A stretch of DNA of 64,000 nucleotides, taken from positions 85,070 to 149,069 of the forward strand of contig JAZJXT010000001.1 in NCBI GenBank assembly GCA_040390725.1. The letters run 5' to 3'. The translations under genes and the position numbers were made by a program. Below, one piece after another: positions 30,829 through 40,807 of this stretch. Source of the stretch: Patescibacteria group bacterium (GTDB lineage Bacteria; Patescibacteriota; Minisyncoccia; Phycocordibacterales; UBA9973). A model generated the notes under the pieces. That model saw only the letters and a list, made by a program, of their open reading frames with translations, did no database searches and was not told where the DNA came from. Numbering within the stretch: position 1 is the stretch's first letter; every line of letters starts with the position of its first letter.

Positions 30829-31989
30829 TTAAATATCACTCCTGCTTATCGTCGATGCAATATAAACTCCAGAGAGCATTATTGCTCCTAGGATTATATA
30901 AAGAAAATTAAATGATGGAATAAATGCAAATGCTATTAAAGCAGAAAGTGGCCCTACTATATATGCGATGGGAAGGGTGTTGCGATACACACTGATATAT
31001 TCTTCATTTTCAGGTTTTATGTGTTTGAAAAAATAAACATCGCTCATCGTTTCTATCGTTGCGCCACCTACTCGAGTCATAAATAATGCTAATGCCCAGA
31101 TCCAGATCGCGTGTTGATGGATAAAAAATATAGACATTGTAGCGATGGATGCAATAAAAAAGCCTATCATTAGCATTTTTCTTTCACCTATTTTGTCTGC
31201 ATACTCACCGAGCCTAAAAGGCAAAATTGAAAAAGGGATAAGCATAATTGCGAATATTATGCCGATTTGTTGCCAGGTAAACCCTAAATGCACTGATAAA
31301 TATATCGGCGTATAAATGATCATCCAAGAAATAAAAAATTGTAAGAGAAAATTTATTTTATAACTACGAGATAAATGTGAGTCTTTAAAAAAAGTTTCCA
31401 CATATTTTATTATTTTCATTTTATCATAATTAGGATTTGGAATATTTTTTAGACCAAATAAAACAGTCAAAAAGAAAAGGAGCATTATTGTAAATCCTAT
31501 AAAATATATTGTTTGAAAGTGGAATGCACCCAATATTTTACTTGAAGCCAGCTGAGCTATTATCCAAGCCAGGTTCATCACGGCAATATACAATCCTCGT
31601 ACTTTGCCTGTTGCGGAATTTTTAGAAAATATTTTTAAAAGTTCATCTATTGAAAAAATAATTAAAATATTTGTTACAAAGTATAAGATAAATATTATTG
31701 CCGCAATACAAGAATTGTTTATAGAAGAAAATGTTAGTAAGGATAAAGCATCAATAAAGGCTAGAGAAAGTAAAAATTTACGTATACCTATTTTCTGCAG
31801 TATTTCCGGCGCTACTAAGAGTACTAATATTGAGGCTATTGCTCCTAGGGCATAAATAAGATTTATCAATTTTTCACCGACAAAGGAGGTGAGGAAGCTC
31901 GAGTTGATATAAGCCGTAAATGCCAAATGCAAAGAAAGTAAAAATCCTGCCAAGAAAATATTTTTTAATTTTGGAGCATCTTTGAACAT
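30829..31989 (-). CDS. MFS transporter
   Basis: About 12 TM, GEYADKIGERK motif A. Confidence 0.85.
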   Translation of the reverse strand: MFKDAPKLKNIFLAGFLLSLHLAFTAYINSSFLTSFVGEKLINLIYALGAIASILVLLVAPEILQKIGIRKFLLSLAFIDALSLLTFSSINNSCIAAIIFILYFVTNILIIFSIDELLKIFSKNSATGKVRGLYIAVMNLAWIIAQLASSKILGAFHFQTIYFIGFTIMLLFFLTVLFGLKNIPNPNYDKMKIIKYVETFFKDSHLSRSYKINFLLQFFISWMIIYTPIYLSVHLGFTWQQIGIIFAIMLIPFSILPFRLGEYADKIGERKMLMIGFFIASIATMSIFFIHQHAIWIWALALFMTRVGGATIETMSDVYFFKHIKPENEEYISVYRNTLPIAYIVGPLSALIAFAFIPSFNFLYIILGAIMLSGVYIASTISRSDI

Positions 31990-31999
31990 TTTTTATTTT

Positions 32000-34030
32000 T
32001 TAAACAGCGATAATGACAGGAATAACCAAAGGTCTTTTTGCTGTTTTTTGGTAGAGATATTTTGATACAGTTTCTCCTAAGCTATTTTTAATATAGTCAA
32101 AGTCCATAGAGCTGGCATTGGGATGATTGTCTACTTCGAGTCGCGCAGGCATTTTGGCTGTAGCATCTTCGACTGATTTTTTAATAATTATTCGTACTTG
32201 ACGCAAGAGTTCTTGGTTTTCTTTTAGGTAAACAAAACCTCGTGAAATAAGGTCAGGGGACTTTTTAAGTCTACCTGTTTTTTGATCAATCAAAACCATA
32301 ATAACGAACATACCGTCTTGGGCTAGCATGACTCGGTCGCGGATAACTACGTCCTGTACATCACCGACAGATATGCCGTCTACCATCATCAGGCTCGAAG
32401 GGGCTTTTTCTTTTCGTACGGATAGTTTCTCGCCGTCGGGTGATATTTCAATAATAGATCCGTTGTCAGGAACTACGATGTGGTCTTCTCGCATGCCGAG
32501 TTCCATCGCGAGTTCTTTGTGAAGTTCCAAATGGTAGTGATTGCCGTGAATAGGAATAAAGAATTTCGGATGAGTTTTCCTGTGCAACCATTTTACATCT
32601 TCTTTATTACCGTGACCTGTCGCATGCACAAAGTCTTCACCGGGGGTGCGATAACTTATTATTTTTACACCTTGTCTGGAAAGTGCGTCTTTCATTTTTT
32701 GAACTTGTCGTTCATTGCCCGGCACAATAGAAGCGGAAAGAATAATAGTGTCGCCTTGGCGGATAGTAAATTTTTTGTCAGTTTTATTTGCTGCGCGATT
32801 TAATCCAGAGAATTCTTCACCTTGTCCGCCAGTTGTTAAAATAATTATTTTGTTTGGCGGATATTCATCTATTTCTTCCATGGAAATAATCGTGCCTTTT
32901 TTAGGAGTGTATAGTCCAGCTTCGAAAGCGACTTCCATGTTGGACTTCATTGAACGTCCGTTCAAAACAATTTTTTTATTTAAGTTTTCGGCGATTTGAA
33001 TAACTTTCACAAGGCGGGTAATGTGCGAAGCAAAAGCTGCGATAATCATCCTGCCGTTTACTTTTTTTATTAAATTCTCCAATCCTTGATGCACTTTTAT
33101 TTCCGGTAATGCAAAACCTTCGTTTTCAATATTTGTAGAGTCAGTCAATAACATAAGCACATTCATCTTATCGAAAATAGAATATTCTTTTTCTTCTTCG
33201 TCGGATACTATGCCGTCGACTTGGTCGAGTTTATAATCTCCGGGTGTTACGATATTTCCATGTGGAGTTTCAATAATTATTCCCATTGAGTCGGGGATAG
33301 TGTGAGTGACGCCGAAGAATCGGACTTTTATTTTTCCGCACATTATGACTTCGTCTTTTTCCACGACTTCTGTTTTCATCGCTGGCAAGTGGGGGAATTC
33401 TGCTTGTCTTTTTTTCATCATTAAGATGGAAAGATTTCTAGAATACACAGTAGGATTACCAATACGAGAAAGCACTAAAGGCACTCCACCGATATGGTCG
33501 AGGTGTCCGTGAGTTATGAGCATTGCGCGGATTTTGTCTTTGCGCTCTTCGAGGTAAGTAGTGTTTGGGATGACATAGTCTACTCCAGGAGTTTCTTCAT
33601 TTGAGAAGAACATCCCGGCGTCAATGACGATAATATCATCACCGATTTCTATTGCGGTCATGTTTTTACCGATTTCTTCGACTCCGCCGAGGGGAATTAT
33701 TCTGATTACGCCTTCTCCTGGAGGGGGAATCTTGCTATCCATTGTACTTCTGAAAGGTCTAGTGTTGCCACCTGGACGTCCTGCGGCACTCTGGCGACTT
33801 TTCCCAAATTTGGAATATTGGAAAGTTTTTTTTACCATTTGTTGTCTCTTGTCACCTGAAGTGTGACTAGGTGAATGATAAGGCGCGCGTGCATGCAGGG
33901 GGTGTGCTGGTGCCTGTGCCGACGTTGTCACATTTTTATTCTCTTCTTTTTTACCGTCAACACTGATTGCGCTGAAAGGCAGTCTGTTTTTTTTCTTCAT
34001 CATTTTATTTCTTTTTCTTTTTATTCTCAC
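32000..34030 (-). CDS. rnj: Ribonuclease J with long basic N-terminal extension (start uncertain, possibly 34003)
   Basis: LGGVEEIGKN, THGHLDHIG, HTIPD, HATGH, PIHG. Confidence 0.95.
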   Translation of the reverse strand: MRIKRKRNKMMKKKNRLPFSAISVDGKKEENKNVTTSAQAPAHPLHARAPYHSPSHTSGDKRQQMVKKTFQYSKFGKSRQSAAGRPGGNTRPFRSTMDSKIPPPGEGVIRIIPLGGVEEIGKNMTAIEIGDDIIVIDAGMFFSNEETPGVDYVIPNTTYLEERKDKIRAMLITHGHLDHIGGVPLVLSRIGNPTVYSRNLSILMMKKRQAEFPHLPAMKTEVVEKDEVIMCGKIKVRFFGVTHTIPDSMGIIIETPHGNIVTPGDYKLDQVDGIVSDEEEKEYSIFDKMNVLMLLTDSTNIENEGFALPEIKVHQGLENLIKKVNGRMIIAAFASHITRLVKVIQIAENLNKKIVLNGRSMKSNMEVAFEAGLYTPKKGTIISMEEIDEYPPNKIIILTTGGQGEEFSGLNRAANKTDKKFTIRQGDTIILSASIVPGNERQVQKMKDALSRQGVKIISYRTPGEDFVHATGHGNKEDVKWLHRKTHPKFFIPIHGNHYHLELHKELAMELGMREDHIVVPDNGSIIEISPDGEKLSVRKEKAPSSLMMVDGISVGDVQDVVIRDRVMLAQDGMFVIMVLIDQKTGRLKKSPDLISRGFVYLKENQELLRQVRIIIKKSVEDATAKMPARLEVDNHPNASSMDFDYIKNSLGETVSKYLYQKTAKRPLVIPVIIAV

Positions 34031-34076
34031 AACATTTAAGTGTAGAGATATAAGTTAATAATTTTTAATAATTTTT

Positions 34077-35864
34077 TTAGTTAAATTTGGAAAACATTTT
34101 CCAAACATTAGTTTTTTCTGTGTACCAAGAATATGAATTTGCAAATCTATCAGCAGGGGAGATCAAATGATCTATCGCAAGGCCGTTTAGATTTTTTGAA
34201 ACTGCGTAAATAAAATCAGGGCTGTAAATAAATACTGCCGGGCTGTCTTTTTTAATTTCATTTTCAAATTGAGCGTATTTTTTTACTCGGTTATTTTCAT
34301 CGAGCGTGACGAGCGCATCTTCTAAAATCTTATCCACTTTTGCATTGGTGTACATCGCTATGTTTAGCCCCGGGTCTTTCCTCTGTGAGGAATGCCAAAA
34401 TGCAAAAAGGTCGGATTCGTGGTTTATAATTTGTCCAAAAAGCAATGCGTCATATTTTCTAGGGCGTATAACGGATTGATTTAAATTTCCGACTTCAAAA
34501 GTTTTTACATCTACTTTCATTCCGATAGCTCGCAAATCTTCTGCTACTAGCTCTGCAGTCTTTGTGAGTTCTGGGGCATTGCCTGTAGAGATAGTGAATT
34601 CTATTGTATTTATTTTTGAAGCGGTGACGACTTTTGCCACAACCTTGCTTTTAGTCTTGCTTGTTTTTGCTTTTGTTTTGGGGACTGCTGTTTTTTCCAA
34701 GAATCCATCGGCATTTTTCTTCCATCCGTCTTTTGTCAAAATGTCTTGCGCTTTTTGTAAGTTTTCTTCACGAGAAGATTTATCTTCCTCAGTTAGCTTT
34801 TGATAAGCAATCATATTTGGCGGTATCGGGTCATCAATAGCTACACCATATCCGGATAAAACTTCACGCACAATTCTGTCTTTATCTACGGCTTGGTTTA
34901 TCGCTTCGATGACATGCTTGTCGGTGAAAATCTGCGCTTGGTTTTGATTAAAGAAAAGTCCAAAAACTCTCGGTAATACTGATGACTCTATTCTGTATCC
35001 TTTATTTTTTAATTTTTCTGCATTTTCCGGAGTGATGGAGCTGGCCTGGTTTATGTTTCCACCTTGCAATGCAGTTATTAAATCACCTTCATTTGGGTAA
35101 AATTTTAAAGTAATATTTTTTACATAAGGTTTACTCAAAATAAATTTACTAAAATATGAAAGTTCATATGAATCAATAATACCGGAAGATTGCTTGCTGA
35201 CATTTGAAACTTCATAAGGTCCGGAGCCTACAGGATTCATATTTGTTTCATTTAGTTCTATTGGGGAATTACTCCACAAGCTTTTCGGCATTATTCCCAA
35301 TGTAGCATTTTCTAAAAATGAAGCGTATGGCTGTTTCAAAGTAAATTTTATAGTTTTGTCATCTACTTTTTCAACATTTATGCCATCCCAATTTCCTTTT
35401 ATTGGGCTTTTTATTATAGGATCCTTGGCTTCACTAACTGTGAATATAATATCATCCGCTGTGACTGGCTTGCTGTCGTGGAAATATATTTTATCTTTTA
35501 AAGTGAAAGTGTATGTTAGGCCATCAGGTGATACATCATATTTTTCTGCTAGGTCCGGAGCCAGTGTTCCGTCTGGGTTTTTTCTCATAAGTCCTGAGTA
35601 AATGAGAGAGACTAAATCTTTGTCTGCGTCAGACAAAGCTAGTACTGGGTTTACAAAACGAGGAGCGCCGATTATTCCTTCAGAAATTGTTCCTCCACGC
35701 GCTGGCACCGAGACCATAAAAGATTTATTTACGCTTTCTAAGATAGCGATAGTACTAATAAATAGAATTGCCAAAAGTACAAAAAAAATCATCCATTCTT
35801 TTTTGGAAAAATAGGCGAGAGCTGAACGTATTTCGTTTTTATTTGGGAAAGACAAATTACTCAT
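34077..35864 (-). CDS. Peptide ABC transporter substrate-binding protein (family 5)
   Basis: PDLAE..SPDGLTYTFTLK..FHD..PVTADD, PVGSGPY. Confidence 0.9.
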   Translation of the reverse strand: MSNLSFPNKNEIRSALAYFSKKEWMIFFVLLAILFISTIAILESVNKSFMVSVPARGGTISEGIIGAPRFVNPVLALSDADKDLVSLIYSGLMRKNPDGTLAPDLAEKYDVSPDGLTYTFTLKDKIYFHDSKPVTADDIIFTVSEAKDPIIKSPIKGNWDGINVEKVDDKTIKFTLKQPYASFLENATLGIMPKSLWSNSPIELNETNMNPVGSGPYEVSNVSKQSSGIIDSYELSYFSKFILSKPYVKNITLKFYPNEGDLITALQGGNINQASSITPENAEKLKNKGYRIESSVLPRVFGLFFNQNQAQIFTDKHVIEAINQAVDKDRIVREVLSGYGVAIDDPIPPNMIAYQKLTEEDKSSREENLQKAQDILTKDGWKKNADGFLEKTAVPKTKAKTSKTKSKVVAKVVTASKINTIEFTISTGNAPELTKTAELVAEDLRAIGMKVDVKTFEVGNLNQSVIRPRKYDALLFGQIINHESDLFAFWHSSQRKDPGLNIAMYTNAKVDKILEDALVTLDENNRVKKYAQFENEIKKDSPAVFIYSPDFIYAVSKNLNGLAIDHLISPADRFANSYSWYTEKTNVWKMFSKFN

Positions 35865-35948
35865 AGTGATATAACATATTTTTTAAAAATCAAAATTAAA
35901 AAAATTCGCGTGAAAGGGGACAGGAAAGTTATTAGCTTTAGCTGGTAA

Positions 35949-36182
35949 CTATTTTATAATTATAGCAAGGAAAGCTGACAATGCAAAAAGGATTCCGCAA
36001 ACTATGGACAAAATAAAAAGAAACTTCTCGAAACCTCGGCGTGTATGATGGAAAGATCCGCTGTCGCCCCCGCCTAAAGCTCCGCCTACACCGGCGCCTG
36101 ATTGCTGGAGCATAATGGCTAGTATCAATACTACTGAAAAGATTATCTGCGCATATGGCAGTAATTTGGCTATTAATTGCAT
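35949..36182 (-). CDS. secG: Preprotein translocase SecG
   Basis: Two TM, LQQ..GGALGG, RRGFEKFL. Confidence 0.9.
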   Translation of the reverse strand: MQLIAKLLPYAQIIFSVVLILAIMLQQSGAGVGGALGGGDSGSFHHTRRGFEKFLFILSIVCGILFALSAFLAIIIK

Positions 36183-36280
36183 TTGGCTATTATTGCATAT
36201 TGTTGGTTAAAAAACAAGTTTTTTAGGGAATAACCCTAAACTATTGCATTTTTTTACTAAATTCCTGTATAATTGAGCCT

Positions 36281-37276
36281 ATGAAAAAAGAAATCACAAC
36301 GTTAGGCTTGTTTCAAAAATTATTCCATAATTTTAACGCGCGTCAGATGAAAGACGCTACTTTGGCTTATAAGAAACATTTGGACGAGGGCGGGAAAATG
36401 ATGCTAGCAATGGGGGGCGCGATGTCTTCTGCGCAGATGGGCGTGACTCTTGCGCCGATGATAAAAGAGGGGAAAATTCATGCAGTGTCTTGTACGGGAG
36501 CGAATTTGGAAGAATCTGTTTTTCGATTAGTTGCGCATGATAGTTATAAAGATTATCCAGACTATAGATATTTTACCAAAGAAGATGATCAGGCAATTCT
36601 AGAGAGAGGCGAGCGTCGTGTTACAGATACGAGTATCCCGGAAGAAGAAGCTTTTCGTGTGATGGAGCCGATTATTTTGAAATATTGGAAGGAGGCGGAA
36701 AAAAACGGTGAGCGTTTTTTTCCGCACGAATATTTTTACAAAATTTTATTGTCTGATGATTTGAAAGGAAAATACGAAGGTGACCCTGAAGCTTGCTGGC
36801 TCCTAGAAGCGGCAAAGAAAAATTTGCCGATGGTTGTGCCGGGCTGGGAAGATTCAACGCTCGGAAATATTTTTGCCGGATATTGCAAAGCAGGTGAGGT
36901 GAGCCCGACAGTAATGAAAGGTGGTATTGAATATATGATGTATCTATATGATAGATATCAAGAACTTTCAAAGGATGGTCCGGGTATTGGATTTTTCCAA
37001 ATCGGTGGAGGAATATCCGGAGACTTCCCGATATGCGTCGTGCCAAGTATTAAGTATGATTTAAAAAAAGAAGTTCGCCCTTGGGGATATTTCTGTCAGA
37101 TTTCAGATTCCACGACTTCTTATGGTTCATACTCTGGAGCGACTCCAAATGAAAAAATAACTTGGGATAAGCTCACAGTGGATACTCCGATGTTCGTCAT
37201 TGAGTCTGATGCCACTATCGTAGCTCCGCTTATTTTCGAAGCCATTCTCGACCGCTACAATATCGTAGAAAAGTGA
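36281..37276 (+). CDS. Deoxyhypusine synthase-like protein (possible homospermidine synthase)
   Basis: TGANLEE, PGWEDSTLG, IGGG..GDF, GSYSGATPNEKITWDK, ESDATIVAP. Confidence 0.9.
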   Translation: MKKEITTLGLFQKLFHNFNARQMKDATLAYKKHLDEGGKMMLAMGGAMSSAQMGVTLAPMIKEGKIHAVSCTGANLEESVFRLVAHDSYKDYPDYRYFTKEDDQAILERGERRVTDTSIPEEEAFRVMEPIILKYWKEAEKNGERFFPHEYFYKILLSDDLKGKYEGDPEACWLLEAAKKNLPMVVPGWEDSTLGNIFAGYCKAGEVSPTVMKGGIEYMMYLYDRYQELSKDGPGIGFFQIGGGISGDFPICVVPSIKYDLKKEVRPWGYFCQISDSTTSYGSYSGATPNEKITWDKLTVDTPMFVIESDATIVAPLIFEAILDRYNIVEK

Positions 37277-37289
37277 TATAATAGCCAGT

Positions 37290-38768
37290 ATGCCGAAACC
37301 TAATAGAGTTCAAATAATCAAATATGGTCCACCGCCACCGGAACTGCCTGTTTTTGGAAAGGTCAAGCCCGAGGAGGTTTCTTTTATTGGGCGTACTAAT
37401 TACGTGGCATCTTTAGAGGAAAAGAAATTTATTTTCGGAATGAAGCGTGTTGACCGTCGAAGACATTTGTATATTATAGGAAAGTCCGGAGTGGGCAAGA
37501 CAAAACTACTCGAGCTTTTTTTACGTCAGGATGTCAGCTATGGCCACGGGCTTTGCTTAATTGACCCGCACGGCGATGTCATCGACGCGATGTTGGACTA
37601 TATTCCAAAAGAACGTATCGATGATGTGTGTCTTATTGATCCTCCTGATTTGGAATTCCCGGCATCTTTTAATCCTTTGGCAAATGTCGACCCACTTTTT
37701 AAATTTCAATTGACTCAAGGTTTGATTGAAGTTTTCCAAAAGCAATTCGGCGCGAATTGGACGCCTCGTCTCGAACACGTTTTCCGTTTTACTTGTTTGG
37801 CGCTTTTGGATTATCCGCATGCTACGATGCGCGGAATGATTTCGATGTTGACGGACAGAAATTACAGACAGAAAGTCGTTGAGTATATCACTGACGATAT
37901 GGTGAAAAGATTCTTCGCTATCGAATTCGCGGATTGGTCGGAGAAATTCGACACTGACGCCATCATCCCGCTCGTGAACAAGCTCGGTCAATTTCTTTCC
38001 GATCCTTTGCTTCGAAATATTTTCGGACAGAAGCAAAACAAAATAGATATCAGCGACCTGATGAACAATAGGAAAATTATTTTGATTAATCTTTCAAAAG
38101 GACGACTCGGTGAAGAAAATTCTTCTTTTTTGGGTTCCATATTTTTGACTAAAATAAAACAAGCGGGTATGGAGCGTGCTTCTATGCCGGAGAGTGCCCG
38201 TAAGGATTTTTATATTTATGTGGACGAGTTCCAAAACGTCGTCACTCAGACTTTCGAAAACATTCTCTCTGAGGCTAGGAAATACGGTTTGAATTTAACA
38301 ATGGCACATCAATACGTCGGGCAGATTATTCCTCAAGTTCACAAAGCTGTGCTCGGTAACTGCGGAAGTATTATTACTTTTCGTATTTCCGGTGAAGACG
38401 CGGTAAAAATGAAGCCGGAATTCGCGCCCTTGTTTGATGTCAAAGACATGATCAACCTCGCCGTCGGGGAATTTTATATTAAAATGACAATTGACGGGGA
38501 ATCTTATGATCCATTTTCTGCTGAGACTTTGCGAGTATTGCCTCCAAATCATCCATCTTACAGACAAGAAATCGTGGATGCTTCACATAGAAAATATTCT
38601 ATCTCCAGAGATGACGCGGCAAAATTAATTGCTGCCGAAGAAGCGACTATTATCCGAAGCGCCGAAGAAAAAGCTATTATTGAAGGCAAGGGCAAAGTTA
38701 ATGTGTCCGAAGATACTGCGAAGGAAGAGCTACCAAAAGCTTCCCAAGAAGCTGAGCCTATGATATAA
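37290..38768 (+). CDS. VirB4/TraD/HerA-like P-loop ATPase (type IV coupling protein-like)
   Basis: RRHLYIIGKSGVGKT, IDPHGD, YVDEFQN, EARKYGL..AHQ. Confidence 0.85.
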   Translation: MPKPNRVQIIKYGPPPPELPVFGKVKPEEVSFIGRTNYVASLEEKKFIFGMKRVDRRRHLYIIGKSGVGKTKLLELFLRQDVSYGHGLCLIDPHGDVIDAMLDYIPKERIDDVCLIDPPDLEFPASFNPLANVDPLFKFQLTQGLIEVFQKQFGANWTPRLEHVFRFTCLALLDYPHATMRGMISMLTDRNYRQKVVEYITDDMVKRFFAIEFADWSEKFDTDAIIPLVNKLGQFLSDPLLRNIFGQKQNKIDISDLMNNRKIILINLSKGRLGEENSSFLGSIFLTKIKQAGMERASMPESARKDFYIYVDEFQNVVTQTFENILSEARKYGLNLTMAHQYVGQIIPQVHKAVLGNCGSIITFRISGEDAVKMKPEFAPLFDVKDMINLAVGEFYIKMTIDGESYDPFSAETLRVLPPNHPSYRQEIVDASHRKYSISRDDAAKLIAAEEATIIRSAEEKAIIEGKGKVNVSEDTAKEELPKASQEAEPMI

Positions 38769-38778
38769 ATAAAAATAT

Positions 38779-39882
38779 ATGAAAAAAGATTATTATGAAA
38801 TTTTAGGAGTAAATAAAGGCGCCTCAAAAGACGAGCTGAAAAAAGCTTTTCATAAGATGGCGCACAAATACCATCCTGATAAAAAAGAAGGAGATGAGAA
38901 GAAATTCAAAGAGGTAAATGAAGCCTACCAGACTCTTTCTGATGACCAAAAACGAGCAAAATACGACCAATTTGGGGCAAATTATGAGAATGCGGGCTTT
39001 GGTGGTCAAAGTCAGGGTGGATATCAACAAGGCGGTTTTGGCGGCTTTGATTTTTCTGGTTTTCAACAAGGTGGTGGACAGGATTTTGACTTTGGAAATT
39101 TAAATGATATTTTTTCTGATTTTTTTACAGGAGGAATGGGTGGAGGCAGAGCGCAAGCACGCAGAGGGCGAGACATTTCTACTGAAATACAAATTACTTT
39201 TGCTGATGCTATTTTCGGCGTAGAGAGGAAAATTTTAATTACTAAAACTTCAAATTGCAATACTTGCAATGCAACAGGCGCAAAACCCGGCACGAAAATG
39301 GAAACTTGCAAGAAATGCAATGGTCAAGGAAAAATCCACGAAGCGAAAAGGACAATCTTGGGAACTATTTCCAGCACAAAACTTTGCGAGGAATGCTTGG
39401 GCGCGGGTGAAGTGCCAAAAGAAAAATGTGATAAATGTCACGGTAAAGGGGTTTTGAGAAAAGAGGAAGAAATTTCCCTCGCCGTGCCTGCGGGTATTCG
39501 CGATGGCGAGATGGTGCGCATGACTGGTATGGGAGAGGCAATTTCAAAAGGCACGCCTGGCGACCTTTACATAAAAATAAATGTCGCATCGCATAATATT
39601 TTCAAACGCGAAGGCAATGACTTGGCAATGAATTTAAATTTGAGACTTTCTGATGCATTACTAGGTACTGAATATGCTATTCAAACTCTCGACGGGGAAG
39701 TCAAAGTGCAAATCCCAGAAGGCATTTCTATCAACGAAATTCTACGCGTAAAGGGCAAAGGTGTGCCTTATACCAAGGGTAAACGTGGCGACCTTTTAAT
39801 AAAACTAAATATAAAACTTCCATCCAAAATCTCTCGCAAATCCCGCGAGCTCATAGAGGAACTCAAAAAAGAGGGGATTTAA
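38779..39882 (+). CDS. dnaJ: Chaperone DnaJ
   Basis: J domain with HPD, G/F region, four CxxCxGxG-type repeats. Confidence 0.97.
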   Translation: MKKDYYEILGVNKGASKDELKKAFHKMAHKYHPDKKEGDEKKFKEVNEAYQTLSDDQKRAKYDQFGANYENAGFGGQSQGGYQQGGFGGFDFSGFQQGGGQDFDFGNLNDIFSDFFTGGMGGGRAQARRGRDISTEIQITFADAIFGVERKILITKTSNCNTCNATGAKPGTKMETCKKCNGQGKIHEAKRTILGTISSTKLCEECLGAGEVPKEKCDKCHGKGVLRKEEEISLAVPAGIRDGEMVRMTGMGEAISKGTPGDLYIKINVASHNIFKREGNDLAMNLNLRLSDALLGTEYAIQTLDGEVKVQIPEGISINEILRVKGKGVPYTKGKRGDLLIKLNIKLPSKISRKSRELIEELKKEGI

Positions 39883-39928
39883 AATTATGCTTTCTGAGTA
39901 ATTTATTTAAATGTGATATAATATAAAT

Positions 39929-40192
39929 ATGAGTACAATTTTGCAATCCCAAATATTCTTTTTTATTTCTTCAGTCGGCTTTGTTTTATTGTGGAGCTTA
40001 GTCGCGGTTTTTTTGTATTACCTCATACGTGCTACGGATACATTTTCTAGAATCATGAGCAAGATAGAAAAAAATATAGATGATATAGGTGACACCACTA
40101 AAGATTTATTGGAAGACTTGCGAGATAATCCAGTATTTCGTTTTCTGGTTGGGAAAAAGAAACAGAGCCCAAAAAAGCATCATAAGAAGTAA
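39929..40192 (+). CDS. Small membrane protein with coiled coil
   Basis: One TM; TGATATAAT 6 nt before ATG. Confidence 0.65.
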   Translation: MSTILQSQIFFFISSVGFVLLWSLVAVFLYYLIRATDTFSRIMSKIEKNIDDIGDTTKDLLEDLRDNPVFRFLVGKKKQSPKKHHKK

Positions 40193-40238
40193 AAATTTAT
40201 TAGTAACTTGCCCCGCGGTGGCGGGGTTTTAAAAAAAT

Positions 40239-40517
40239 ATGAAAAAAAATACAAATAAAAAAAGTGCAAAAGGGGGGATGTCGGGCGGTAAGATGTTAGC
40301 AGTGAGTGCGGGGGTAGCAGCCCTAGGCGCAGGAGCGTATTATTTATTGGGTCCAAAATCAAAAGTTCATCAAAAGAAAGCCTCAGCTTTGGTGTCTAAG
40401 GTTAAAAAAGATATAGTAAGTGAGATTAAAAGAGATATTAAAAAAGCAAGACCTCTTGTGAAGAAAGTTATTAAAAAAGTCACTAATACAAAAAAGGCTA
40501 AAGTTTCAAAGAAATAA
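40239..40517 (+). CDS. Small basic membrane-anchored protein (YtxH-like)
   Basis: GVAALGAGAYYLLGP segment followed by Lys-rich helix. Confidence 0.6.
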   Translation: MKKNTNKKSAKGGMSGGKMLAVSAGVAALGAGAYYLLGPKSKVHQKKASALVSKVKKDIVSEIKRDIKKARPLVKKVIKKVTNTKKAKVSKK

Positions 40518-40537
40518 TAATTTATTTCAATATCTTG

Positions 40538-40610
40538 AGCCGGCAGGGGGATTCGAACCCGCGACCTTCGCTTTACAAAAGCGTTGCTCTACCAACTGAG
40601 CTATGCCGGC
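40538..40610 (-). tRNA. tRNA-Thr(TGT)
   Basis: Minus strand GCCGGCATAGCTCAGTTGGTAGAGCAACGCTTTTGTAAAGCGAAGGTCGCGGGTTCGAATCCCCCTGCCGGCT; one C-C mismatch in T stem; no CCA. Confidence 0.93.
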
Positions 40611-40759
40611 GATTATTATAACGTTTTACCGGTATGGTTATTTTGGTGATTATTTGTTGTATATCTACCAAGACAGCTATGCCGGCGATTTGTTTATTCA
40701 ATTTTCAATACTGCCACATTATGATTTCTTTTGCATCCTACCAAGACAGCTATACCGGC
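40589..40759 (-). repeat. Three copies of a 22-nt tRNA 5'-end repeat with 54- and 51-nt spacers
   Basis: Copies at 40589-40610 (tRNA itself), 40665-40686, 40738-40759. Confidence 0.9.
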
Positions 40760-40807
40760 TTGTGTTTACATTCTACTTAAAATAAAATAAAAAGCAATTC
40801 TTAATTT

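Noticed and set aside
30760-30891. 43-aa ORF after the nucleotidyltransferase
   Set aside because: Overlaps the convergent MFS gene; no supporting motif.
40589-40759. Calling the repeats a canonical CRISPR array
   Set aside because: The repeat is tRNA sequence, only three copies, spacers over 50 nt, and no cas genes in the window; kept as an unexplained array.
40603-40785. 60-aa ORF on the + strand
   Set aside because: Antisense to the tRNA leader repeats, with no protein features.
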